A stretch of 64,000 nt of DNA from Bacteroides sp. (GTDB taxonomy: Bacteria > Bacteroidota > Bacteroidia > Bacteroidales > Muribaculaceae), in contig JAAVDN010000013.1 in assembly GCA_014801785.1 (NCBI GenBank), positions 920 through 64,919 on the forward strand, written 5' to 3'. The position numbers were made by a program, and so were the translations under genes. Position 1 is the first letter of the stretch. Every line of letters begins with the position of its first letter. This document shows, in pieces, positions 9,830-18,515 of this stretch. The notes under the pieces were generated by a model. The model did not search any database. It was not told the DNA's origin and saw nothing but the letters and a program-made list of their open reading frames with translations.

Positions 9830-10009
9830 ACCGAATTAACTTATCTGAGTAGAACTGGTTATTCTTGATTTCATCACAAAGGATCTTTCGGGTCCTTTTT
9901 CAAAGGTTTCATCGGTCGCGATGCCCGCATCGCTCTCTCTTCAACTTTGAAAAATCCCTCCGAAATCTCTCTTTGTGCTAAAATCATTTAAAACCCAACA
10001 CACTCTAAA
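9808..10009. mobile_element. MITE-like long-palindromic element, copy 1 (~200 bp)
   Basis: 23-bp perfect terminal IR tttagagtgtgttgggttttaaa (9808-9830) / tttaaaacccaacacactctaaa (9987-10009); nested internal stems; central hairpin gcgatgc-cc-gcatcgc. Confidence 0.8.
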
Positions 10010-10030
10010 AATGATTATTGAGACCCAACA

Positions 10031-10927
10031 ATGAAATTCAGAACTGAATTGACTGTCACTCCGGCGCGGATTCTGCTTGATCCGAAGCAGCCCGTAGTTC
10101 TTATAGGCTCCTGTTTTACGGACAATATCGGGAATAGGATGAGATTCTGCAGATGGAGCGCATATCCCAATATTACCGGAACTTTGTTCAATCCCGCATC
10201 CATAGCCAGGATTTTAAGGATTGCGGCCGGGGCAGAACCGGAAAAGGAGGCCGTGACTGACTCGACAGTCAACAGAGGGGAAGTATGGATTTCATGGCTC
10301 GCAGACTCGGGATGTGACTCCTTTAGCCGGGAGGAGACTGAACGACGGCTTCTCGAAAGACTGCAAACCCTCCGACAACACCTTTCGGAAGCCTCAACAC
10401 TAATTGTCACCTTCGGAACAGCGTGGATCTATGAACTTAACACCATCCCAGGCTACATCGTAGCAAATTGTCATAAATTCCCATCCACACTGTTTTCGAG
10501 ACGACGCCTGACCGTTTCCGAAATAGCGGATGAATGGAAGTCTCTTATAGAACTACTTTCCGTTAAATACCCCCGTCTTAGGATAATCCTTACTGTCAGT
10601 CCTGTCAGACATCTTAAAGATGGATTCGAGGGTAACAGCCGCTCCAAAGCCATTCTGCAACTTGCATGCGAAGAGATCTGTATGGCAAACAACAATACGG
10701 AATATTTCCCCGCATTTGAAATAATGAACGACGATCTCCGCGATTACAGGTTCTATGCCGATGATATGCTTCACCCTTCGGAGAAAGGAGTCGAATATAT
10801 ATGGGAGAAATTTCAGGAACGTTATCTTTCGGCCGATTCCCGTAATATTCTCCGCGAGGGAGAAAAGGTCACACGCAGACTTAACCATCGTCCGATTATG
10901 CACGATGAAAGCAAACAGGCGCGATAG
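10031..10927 (+). CDS. GSCFA domain protein (SGNH-like)
   Basis: IGSCFT.NIG, VTFGTAW, VANCHK, LTVSPVRH, YFPAFE, DDLRDYRFYADDMLHPS. Confidence 0.9.
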   Translation: MKFRTELTVTPARILLDPKQPVVLIGSCFTDNIGNRMRFCRWSAYPNITGTLFNPASIARILRIAAGAEPEKEAVTDSTVNRGEVWISWLADSGCDSFSREETERRLLERLQTLRQHLSEASTLIVTFGTAWIYELNTIPGYIVANCHKFPSTLFSRRRLTVSEIADEWKSLIELLSVKYPRLRIILTVSPVRHLKDGFEGNSRSKAILQLACEEICMANNNTEYFPAFEIMNDDLRDYRFYADDMLHPSEKGVEYIWEKFQERYLSADSRNILREGEKVTRRLNHRPIMHDESKQAR

Positions 10928-11040
10928 GCAACTTCCGGGAAAATGAATAATAACATTCCGACAGACGAGAAGAAAACTTTGCAAATGAATTGCACCGGTA
11001 ATTATTTATCTTTGCATAGTACAAGATAAAACAACAAACA

Positions 11041-12294
11041 ATGCAATTCCTATATTCTCTTGTAAATATGCTTGCCGAGATGGCACCGTATCTGCTTCTC
11101 GGCTTCCTTATTGCGGGACTCCTCTATGCTTTTGTGCCGAGTGGATTCTACCGCAAACATCTCTCGCGACCAGGCGCCTGGTCGGTTCTCAAAGCAGCTC
11201 TTATAGGTGTGCCACTCCCCTTATGCTCCTGCGGTGTCCTTCCGACCGCCGTCTCATTACGCCGCAACGGGGCTTCCCGGGGTGCATCGACCTCCTTCCT
11301 CATCGCGACCCCTCAGACAGGCATCGATTCGATAGCCGCCACATATTCGCTGCTCGGACCGGCATTCGCTATCATTCGCCCGGTAGCCGCCCTAATCACA
11401 GCCTTTGTCGGAGGAATGCTTGTAACGCGAAAAGAGAACGCCTGCTCTGCCGAAGCGGAAAAAGAAGTTGACACAATAGATGTACCACCGACAGATACCT
11501 TCCTGCAAAAGATCAAGGCTGCTTTACGATACGGATTTGTAGACATGATTCAGAACATCGGGCGCTGGCTTATGATTGGTCTCGTTATCGCGGCCGCAAT
11601 CACGGTATTCATCCCCGACGGATTCTTCACCTTCTTCGCGGATTATCCCTTTCTGGCCATGATAGCTGTCGTGATTGTCGCCGTTCCGATGTATGTCTGC
11701 TCGACAGGGTCCATCCCTATCGCTCTTTCCCTGATGCTGAAGGGACTTAGCCCCGGTGCAGCCTTCGTCCTTCTGATGGCCGGCCCGGCTGCCAATTTCG
11801 CCTCCATAATCATTGTCAGCAAATCTCTTGGAAAGAAAGCGGCCGCCATTTATCTGGCGACCATCATTATCGGATCCATTGCAATCGGTATGATAATCGA
11901 TTATCTTATGCCTCGCGATTGGTTCACTATGCCTATGGTCGCCACCGAGTCTCACTGCCACCTTCACGTCGGCCTCTTTCCGGGAATATGCTCCGTCATT
12001 CTTATTATACTTCTTATAAATGCTCTTATTCAAAGATACAGAACAAGTAAGGAGTCAACAAATACAGTAAACGAAAATACAACATCGATGGAAAAAGCAA
12101 CAACTTTAATTACGGTCAAAGGAATGACCTGCGGCCATTGCAAGGCAATGGTCGAGAAAAACCTCGCCAAACTTCCTGAAGTCGAAGGGGTAAGTGTGGA
12201 TCTCGCCACAGGAAAGACAATTATTCAGGGAACCCCCGCTCCCGAAAAAATCCGTGAGGTAATAGAAGACCTTGGATTCACAGTCGAGCAATAA
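11041..12294 (+). CDS. DUF318 / SO_0444-type metal permease with C-terminal HMA domain
   Basis: GVPLPLCSCGVLP, FLIATPQTG, PMYVCSTGSIP, LMAGPAAN; C-terminal GMTCGHC. A TATCTTTG box lies at 11007-11014. Confidence 0.88.
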   Translation: MQFLYSLVNMLAEMAPYLLLGFLIAGLLYAFVPSGFYRKHLSRPGAWSVLKAALIGVPLPLCSCGVLPTAVSLRRNGASRGASTSFLIATPQTGIDSIAATYSLLGPAFAIIRPVAALITAFVGGMLVTRKENACSAEAEKEVDTIDVPPTDTFLQKIKAALRYGFVDMIQNIGRWLMIGLVIAAAITVFIPDGFFTFFADYPFLAMIAVVIVAVPMYVCSTGSIPIALSLMLKGLSPGAAFVLLMAGPAANFASIIIVSKSLGKKAAAIYLATIIIGSIAIGMIIDYLMPRDWFTMPMVATESHCHLHVGLFPGICSVILIILLINALIQRYRTSKESTNTVNENTTSMEKATTLITVKGMTCGHCKAMVEKNLAKLPEVEGVSVDLATGKTIIQGTPAPEKIREVIEDLGFTVEQ

Positions 12295-12314
12295 CTGACG
12301 TCGCATTCATAAAG

Positions 12315-12357
12315 AATAATGCGGAGATGAGGTCTTACATCTCCGCATTATTTTTTT
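12315..12357. terminator. Intrinsic terminator between convergent genes
   Basis: aataatgcggagatg / catctccgcattatt plus T tract. Confidence 0.85.
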
Positions 12358-12364
12358 ACGCTCA

Positions 12365-12718
12365 TTAACGCGCATACTTCTTTTCAAACAGTTCATAATG
12401 CTCCTCTCCCCAACGCAACATAGAGTCTATAATCGGAAGCAACGTCATGCCGAGAGGACTGATCCGATATTCTGATCTCGGAGGAAGTTCCGGGAAAATA
12501 GTTTTGTCGACCAAAGTGTCTTCGACCAATTCCTTCAGCTGAATATCAAGAACGCGCGGGGCCGCTTCCGGAAGGCGTCGATGTATCTCGCAAGGACGCA
12601 TCGGTTCGCCTGAACGAAGTTCATCCAGAATACAGGATTTCCATTTCGAATCAATAAGACTCATTGTGAGCCGAAGAGGACAATCAAGGTCCACGGGTAT
12701 TTTCTTGGTGTATGCCAT
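12365..12718 (-). CDS. HxlR-family transcriptional regulator
   Basis: CPL..TMSLIDSKWK..IL, L..QLKELV.D, PPRSEY.ISPLG. A TAATTTTG box (12723-12730) ends 4 nt before the ATG, suggesting a leaderless mRNA. Confidence 0.9.
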   Translation of the reverse strand: MAYTKKIPVDLDCPLRLTMSLIDSKWKSCILDELRSGEPMRPCEIHRRLPEAAPRVLDIQLKELVEDTLVDKTIFPELPPRSEYRISPLGMTLLPIIDSMLRWGEEHYELFEKKYAR

Positions 12719-12860
12719 ACTGCAAAATTACTGTTTTTATGACTGATTATCAAGTATGGAATAAATTTTCGGTATATGAAAAATTTTTCGGTACTTGTTT
12801 TTTATGCTTATAAAAACTAAATTTGCCACTGAAAACGAACACCTAAATAAATATAAAGAC

Positions 12861-13244
12861 ATGAGAGACTTGATAAAAGAATACGAGGCAGTTGCGAAAG
12901 CCGCCGAGAAATTTGTCCGCAGTGTAGCGGAAGGTAACAGCGAGTATGCCAAAACCTTGTTCACGGATGACGCGGTTCTGTTCGGCATCCTTGACGGCGC
13001 AATGGAACGCGGTTCCATAAATCAGTTCTACCACAATGTCGACACCGTTGGCGCCGGAGAGGATTTCAAAGCCCGCATCGATGTCCTTGCTGTGGAGGAG
13101 ACAGTAGCCGTAGTGCGAGTTCTCGAAGAGAAATGGGGAGGTCGCATTGATTTCACTGATTTTCTGCTTATGCTCAAAATCGAAGGAGAATGGAGATGTG
13201 TTGCGAAAGCCTATAACCAAAACTCCGACACTATAAAGAAATGA
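12861..13244 (+). CDS. NTF2-like / putative lumazine-binding (Lumazine_bd_2) family protein
   Basis: Start MRDLIKEYEAV; ARID, AVVRV, FTDFLLMLKIEGEWRCVAKAY. Confidence 0.82.
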   Translation: MRDLIKEYEAVAKAAEKFVRSVAEGNSEYAKTLFTDDAVLFGILDGAMERGSINQFYHNVDTVGAGEDFKARIDVLAVEETVAVVRVLEEKWGGRIDFTDFLLMLKIEGEWRCVAKAYNQNSDTIKK

Positions 13245-13291
13245 GGAATGCCGCCTTATTCCTTTGGTGCTAATGGAGACATTACAGTAGG

Positions 13292-13309
13292 TTGTGGGAC
13301 ACGGTCTAA
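13292..13309 (-). repeat. Junction repeat copy a (TTAGACCGTGTCCCACAA on the minus strand)
   Basis: Aligns with copies at 14104, 16598-16625 and 18516. Confidence 0.65.
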
Positions 13310-13349
13310 AAAGGACACTGACGAAAACCATACCATAGGCAGTGATGTT

Positions 13350-13466
13350 ATGAAGAATATAAATGAAAGTGATCTTGCCGGAATCGGCAAACCTCTGGAT
13401 CTATATGTAAAGGGCGCCATCGAGGGGGAATGGAAAATTGTCAGCAAGATCTACTCTGTTAAATAA
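13350..13466 (+). pseudogene. Internally deleted paralog of the lumazine-binding/NTF2 protein (38 aa)
   Basis: MKNINESDLAGIGKPLDLYVKGAIEG joins directly to EWKIVSKIY, i.e. an N-terminal helix fused to the family's C-terminal strand. Confidence 0.7.
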
Positions 13467-13476
13467 CTCACAAATT

Positions 13477-14106
13477 ATGAAAGTACTGGTTATCAACGGT
13501 AGTCCTCACCTCAACGGTTGTACCGACCGTGCCCTGCGCGAGGCTGAGGAGACCCTTAAGAGCAACGGAATAGATGTCGAGCGTATCAACGTAGGAAACA
13601 AGGATGTCAGAGGATGTATCGGCTGCAATTTCTGTCGCGAAAACGGTCGATGTGTCTTCAACGATATAGTCAACGAGACCGCTCCAAAATTGGCAGAGGC
13701 GGACGGACTTCTTGTCGGAACCCCGGTATATTATGCCGGAGCCAACGGACAGTTGCTTGCTTTCCTCGACCGTCTCTTCTACAGCACTTCCGGAACCGTT
13801 GACAAAACCATGAAGGTTGGCGCAGCCGTGGTTTCCTCCCGTCGTGCCGGATCTACCGGTGCGTTTGACGAAATCAACAAGTATTTTACCATCAGCGCCA
13901 TGCCGGTTGTCTCCAGCACCTATTGGAATGAAGTTCACGGATTCACGGCTGCCGATGTTGAGGATGACCTTGAAGGTCTTCAGACTATGCGCAACCTTGG
14001 CAAAAATATGTCATTCCTTATTAAGGCTCTCCGAGCCGCTGAGAAGGAATCCGGAATACCGTCGCAAGAACGCGCAGCTTTCACAAATTTCCATACGGAA
14101 GGGTAA
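13477..14106 (+). CDS. Flavodoxin-fold protein (iron-sulfur flavoprotein / NADPH-dependent FMN reductase family)
   Basis: INGSPH.NGCT, CIGCNFC.....C, GTPVYYA, SRRAG, DLEGLQTMRNLG. Confidence 0.88.
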   Translation: MKVLVINGSPHLNGCTDRALREAEETLKSNGIDVERINVGNKDVRGCIGCNFCRENGRCVFNDIVNETAPKLAEADGLLVGTPVYYAGANGQLLAFLDRLFYSTSGTVDKTMKVGAAVVSSRRAGSTGAFDEINKYFTISAMPVVSSTYWNEVHGFTAADVEDDLEGLQTMRNLGKNMSFLIKALRAAEKESGIPSQERAAFTNFHTEG

Positions 14107-14131
14107 GACCCAGTCCCAAAAGATATGTCAA
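14104..14131 (+). repeat. Junction repeat copy b; contains the upstream TAA stop and the downstream ATG
   Basis: taagacccagtcccaaaagatATGtcaa; 23/28 identical to the reverse complement of 16598-16625. Confidence 0.8.
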
Positions 14132-14640
14132 ACAAACTCCTGTTGATTGTTGACCCGCAGATTGATTTTATCTGCGGGTCGCTTCCGGTTCCGGGTGCAG
14201 AGAAGAAAATGGTTGCACTTGCTGAATATGTGCGCGATAAGGGTAGGGATTACGCTATGATAGTTGTCACCTGTGACGCCCACCCGCCACTACATTGCTC
14301 ATTCAAAGAGAATGGTGGGGAATGGCCGCTGCATTGTGTGGTTGCCTCGAAAGGAGCCGCAATTTGGGCCCCTATCATTGAGTCGTTGCTTGAAATTCCA
14401 ACCGACTTGACGATTCTTCACAAGGGAACGGACCACACCAAAGAGGAATACTCCATCTTTCAATCTGAAGAAGGAGCAAAAAGCATGAAAGGGATTATTG
14501 AGAACCTTGAAATAGACTCGGTTGACATCTGTGGATTGGCTGGGGATGTATGTGTCGCAAATACTCTGGCGGATTTACGTTCATCCTATCCTTCAATACC
14601 GGTTAGAGTCATGAAGGAATTCACAGCCTATCTATCCTAA
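14125..14640 (+). CDS. pncA: Nicotinamidase/pyrazinamidase (isochorismatase family)
   Basis: LLIVDPQIDF..GSL.VPGA, D.HP..HCSF, WPLHCV, KG, EEYSIF, GLAGDVCV. Confidence 0.82.
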   Translation: MSNKLLLIVDPQIDFICGSLPVPGAEKKMVALAEYVRDKGRDYAMIVVTCDAHPPLHCSFKENGGEWPLHCVVASKGAAIWAPIIESLLEIPTDLTILHKGTDHTKEEYSIFQSEEGAKSMKGIIENLEIDSVDICGLAGDVCVANTLADLRSSYPSIPVRVMKEFTAYLS

Positions 14641-14703
14641 AGTTATGACCTGCCTCATCGGCAAATTCTATCACAATATGAATAATTCCACAACCCACAA
14701 GAA

Positions 14704-15021
14704 ATGAAACCTGAATCAGTAGAATTTGCCCGAGTCGTTGCCGAGATTGTCCGCGAAGTTCCGGAAGGAAAGGTCGCGACCTACGGAGATATAGCGACCC
14801 TCGCCGGATTTCCGACTCACGCGCGTCTGGTCGGAAAAATATTGGGATCAATCGGAACGGCATCTTCCGTCCCTTGCCACCGTATCGTCAACGCCCAAGG
14901 GCGCACGGCTCCACATTGGCTTGAACAGCGCGCGCTCCTACTTTCCGAAGGTATCGAATTTACCTCCTCGGGTCATGTAGACCTACGTCGCTACCGCTGG
15001 GTCCCGCCCCTTCCGGAATAG
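14704..15021 (+). CDS. MGMT-family methylated-DNA-protein cysteine methyltransferase / alkyltransferase-like protein
   Basis: VPEGKVATYGDIA, ARLVG, PCHRIVN with the active-site Cys retained. Confidence 0.88.
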   Translation: MKPESVEFARVVAEIVREVPEGKVATYGDIATLAGFPTHARLVGKILGSIGTASSVPCHRIVNAQGRTAPHWLEQRALLLSEGIEFTSSGHVDLRRYRWVPPLPE

Positions 15022-15980
15022 GAGCGCAGACGCGTCCGCAAGTTCTGACGCAGAGACTCGCTGTAGAGCCACGGCTCAGCCCCATGATAATCCCCGACAT
15101 TCAGTATATCCAGAATATTTGGAAGAGAACTTCCGTCATAACCCTCCACGACAAGAACCTTTTCCTCAGGATGTAAGGTGACGCTGATAGTGTCGTCAAG
15201 AAGAGCCGTTGAACTATCTGTACGCCAGTTCACCGGATTTATGCACATTACGTTCGGAGCGGCCACAATCGGTTTAAGATAATTGACATTTGACACGGAA
15301 TTATAGCAGATGACCACTCCCGTATCCATCGAATCCCGCGCTGCGACTATCCCCGGTTGCTGAACGATATCCTCCGGAGTTACCTTATAACCCATAACAT
15401 AGGCTGCCACCATCTTTCGTCGCGTCCCCTCGTCCATTATCTTCAACAACTCTACAACCGATTTCCCACCCTGACTGAACCCGGCAAGAAAAAAAGGACG
15501 CTCAGGATTCCGATTATCAAGGAAACATCTGAACGCATTGCTCACATCAACAAACGCTACGTCATGATACCTGCGGTTGATGGTATCTTCATTAAGAGTA
15601 GCCCATGAATCAAGCGTTATATGACGGTAATAGGGTGAATAGAAGTTATTTCCATCAGCCATATAATCTGCCACTCCATCCATCTCTATCCTCATATCCG
15701 CCCGATGATCCGCCCGGGACGGATCGGCGTAATGACATATCCGCCCGTCATCAGTCGTCCAGTCATATTCCCAGGTAGAGGGTATATAGAAAACATCCGC
15801 CCCGGTTCCATCTTTGTCATTGAGACGCCGCATCCACATCTCGTCCTGCTCATAATCGGGAGGAACAGGCACATATACCCGTTCCCCCGCGACTGCTTCA
15901 GAATCTTCACATCCTGCAACTATACCAATAAATGAGAAACCGTAGACAGCGGCCAACAGACAATATTGCAGACTCTTCAT
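14991..15980 (-). CDS. DUF3089-like alpha/beta-hydrolase lipoprotein
   Basis: Lipobox-like VAGC; ADVFYIPST, YSPYYR, RPFFLAGFSQGG, CINPVNW, GDYH. Confidence 0.78.
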   Translation of the reverse strand: MKSLQYCLLAAVYGFSFIGIVAGCEDSEAVAGERVYVPVPPDYEQDEMWMRRLNDKDGTGADVFYIPSTWEYDWTTDDGRICHYADPSRADHRADMRIEMDGVADYMADGNNFYSPYYRHITLDSWATLNEDTINRRYHDVAFVDVSNAFRCFLDNRNPERPFFLAGFSQGGKSVVELLKIMDEGTRRKMVAAYVMGYKVTPEDIVQQPGIVAARDSMDTGVVICYNSVSNVNYLKPIVAAPNVMCINPVNWRTDSSTALLDDTISVTLHPEEKVLVVEGYDGSSLPNILDILNVGDYHGAEPWLYSESLRQNLRTRLRSYSGRGGTQR

Positions 15981-16543
15981 TATTCTATCTTCTTGATGAA
16001 ATGCGCAGGAACACCCCCGACAACCGTTTCCGGTTCTACATCCCGCGTTACGACACTCCCGGCTGCTATGACCGCACCACGCCCGATATGAACTCCGGGG
16101 CAGACCTGCACTCCCGCTCCAATCCAGACATCATCCTCAATCGTTATGGGGCGCGCATATTCCAGGCCTTCATTACGCGGAGCTGCTGCAAGCGGATGGC
16201 CAGCCGTGTGCAAACCGACATTTGGTGCTATGAAGACGTTATTGCCAATCGTGACCTTTCCTCCATCCAGAACCACAAAATTGTAGTTTGCAAAGAAATT
16301 ATCCCCTACCTCAATATTATATCCGTAATCGCAAAAGAAAGGGGATCTTATACAAATATTCTCACCTACCTTCCCCAGAAAACGGCGAAGAAAAGCGTCA
16401 CGTTTCTCCGTATCTGAAGGAAGGATCTGGTTATATTCATAGCAGGCATCTCCGGCCTGTAACATTTCACGCTGAAGTTCAGCATCATAATTGGGATTAT
16501 AAAGCTCTCCCCTACGGCATTTTTCTTTTTCTGTCATAGACAT
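15980..16543 (-). CDS. Sugar O-acetyltransferase (maltose/galactoside acetyltransferase family)
   Basis: [10 protein letters not shown], hexapeptide repeats, [24 protein letters not shown]. Confidence 0.92.
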   Translation of the reverse strand: MSMTEKEKCRRGELYNPNYDAELQREMLQAGDACYEYNQILPSDTEKRDAFLRRFLGKVGENICIRSPFFCDYGYNIEVGDNFFANYNFVVLDGGKVTIGNNVFIAPNVGLHTAGHPLAAAPRNEGLEYARPITIEDDVWIGAGVQVCPGVHIGRGAVIAAGSVVTRDVEPETVVGGVPAHFIKKIE

Positions 16544-16584
16544 TGGATTTTCTGTTCTTAAATAATAACTGCCGAAGCACTGAC

Positions 16585-16625
16585 TGAGACCCGGACGTTA
16601 ACACTTATTGTGGGACTGGGTCTTA
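16585..16625 (-). repeat. Junction repeat copy c, directly downstream of a -7 promoter box
   Basis: Minus strand reads taagacccagtcccacaataagtgttaacgtccgggtctca; TATATTTG lies at 16629-16636 on the minus strand. Confidence 0.8.
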
Positions 16626-16763
16626 ATGCAAATATAATGGATTTTCCGCAAATATACCTATTTCTTCCTTACGATTCCTACTCAATCAGATTTCATTCAG
16701 AACCTGGCTTTGAATCTATACGTTATAAAAGTAAAATACTTACTCCCCTTCAATAAAGAAACT

Positions 16764-18029
16764 ATGAATAGACTCTCCAGATGGCTCTGCGCCTGCGCTA
16801 TGTTGGTCGGCCTGTCAACTGCTCTATCGGCTTTAGCATTCGAGACTCTTCCCAAAGAACTTGACGGCACCATGATGCCATACGATTTCTCTTTGACCGA
16901 CTCAGTGACTCCCTGGTCAGGCAGCCGTCTGCATCCTGTCAAGCTGCTTTATGTCGCACGCCACGGAGCCCGCTATCTCTCATCCGAGAAAAAAGTCGAT
17001 GACCTCCTGAAAGCTATCAGGCAAGCAAAAGAACAAGAATCTCTGACCCAGACCGGAATGGAGTTTGCAAAACTCCTTGATACAGTCTGCTCTATTTCTA
17101 AAAATCGTTGGGGAGCCCTATCCATGGTCGGAGAGGAAGAGGAGCAACGTCTCGGGCAGGAACTTTGCCGACAGCTACCGGAAATGTCAAAAAAGATGAA
17201 CGGAATTGCTGTTTCATCATACGTTCCCAGAGTGGTCAGAACAATGTGGGATTTCCTCTATCCCGTTGCGGCAAACTCAAAATACAATAGTCTGACAACT
17301 TCCGAAGGTCAGAAATATTCCCCTCTTGTCAGATTCTTCGAAACCGATTCCCTATATGCCGCTTACATAGCGGATGGAGATTGGAAACCGATATACAAAG
17401 AGCATGAGAGAAAAACAATCTCTCCGGAACCGGCGCGTCGTCTCTTCGGAACTATCGGTGATGACAACAGGATGAGGAAACTGACGCTCGATATTTATGG
17501 AGTGCTTCAAGGGCTTCGCGCTGTCTCCCTCCCCGCTCCCGATACCCGATGGATGACTGAAGAGGAGTATCGTCAATGTTGGGAAGTCAATAATCTGCAA
17601 AAATATCTTGTCAGGTCGCAGAACTCGCTTTCTCCTCAAGCCATGAGCGCAGCTGCCTCTCTACTTAGAAATATTATTGAAGGAGCCGAGAAGGCTGATT
17701 CCATCAACGCGCGTTTCTGGTTCGGTCATGCAGAAACCATAATGCCCCTCGTCGCGCTGATGGACCTTCCCGGATGCACCGCCAGCCCGAAAGATTTAAA
17801 CGACATCGGCTCCGAATGGAAAGACTACGAAATCTCTCCCCTCGGAGCCAACGTAATGATCGTGCTTCTCAAAAGTCAGGATGATACTGACCTCCGGGTC
17901 GCGGTCCGTCTCAACGGTCGTTGGATCAGTCCTGTCCCGGGGGGAGGGCTCATTCCGCGCTGGAAGACTCTGCGTGACCTTTGGGAGCAACGTCTGACAG
18001 AAGCTGTTCGGCGTGGGTCTTTGTCTTGA
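16764..18029 (+). CDS. Histidine acid phosphatase, MINPP/phytase-like, secreted
   Basis: Signal peptide; RHGARY catalytic motif; FGHAET (HAE proton-donor motif of the MINPP clade); PLGAN. Confidence 0.82.
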   Translation: MNRLSRWLCACAMLVGLSTALSALAFETLPKELDGTMMPYDFSLTDSVTPWSGSRLHPVKLLYVARHGARYLSSEKKVDDLLKAIRQAKEQESLTQTGMEFAKLLDTVCSISKNRWGALSMVGEEEEQRLGQELCRQLPEMSKKMNGIAVSSYVPRVVRTMWDFLYPVAANSKYNSLTTSEGQKYSPLVRFFETDSLYAAYIADGDWKPIYKEHERKTISPEPARRLFGTIGDDNRMRKLTLDIYGVLQGLRAVSLPAPDTRWMTEEEYRQCWEVNNLQKYLVRSQNSLSPQAMSAAASLLRNIIEGAEKADSINARFWFGHAETIMPLVALMDLPGCTASPKDLNDIGSEWKDYEISPLGANVMIVLLKSQDDTDLRVAVRLNGRWISPVPGGGLIPRWKTLRDLWEQRLTEAVRRGSLS

Positions 18030-18441
18030 TCTGCTTCGGGCCGTAAATCCGCTCCACTATCCCTTCAGGAGAAATGATAAATGTTGTGCGCAGGGTGCCC
18101 ATATAGGTGCGTCCTGCCATTTTCTTTTCGCCCCACACTCCCATCTGCTCCACAAGTTTATGCTCCTCATCGCTGACCAGCGGAAAATCCAGACCATGCT
18201 TCGCAGCGAATTTCTGATGGGAGGCAGCGCTGTCCACACTTACCCCTACGACAGCAAACCCTTCCTGCTCAAGTTCATAAAGATGATCACGCATCGAACA
18301 GGCTTCCGCCGTGCATCCGGGAGTGTTGTCCTTAGGATAAAAATAAAGAATCACTCTCTTTCCAGGGAACTGGCTGAGACGAACTTCCTTTCCCTCAGCA
18401 TCAAGGCCCAACAAATCGGGCACTTTATCTCCAACATTCAT
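17950..18441 (-). CDS. bcp: Thioredoxin-dependent thiol peroxidase (BCP/PrxQ)
   Basis: LYFYPKDNTPGCTAEAC, SHQKF, GVWGEKKM.GR.YMG..RTTF. Confidence 0.93.
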   Translation of the reverse strand: MNVGDKVPDLLGLDAEGKEVRLSQFPGKRVILYFYPKDNTPGCTAEACSMRDHLYELEQEGFAVVGVSVDSAASHQKFAAKHGLDFPLVSDEEHKLVEQMGVWGEKKMAGRTYMGTLRTTFIISPEGIVERIYGPKQIKTKTHAEQLLSDVAPKGHAESSSAE

Positions 18442-18515
18442 AGTTATTTATTTTCTTTTACATTATTTATAAAGCGAATATTCACCGGTGTGTCCACCGG
18501 GTTTAACAACATATC

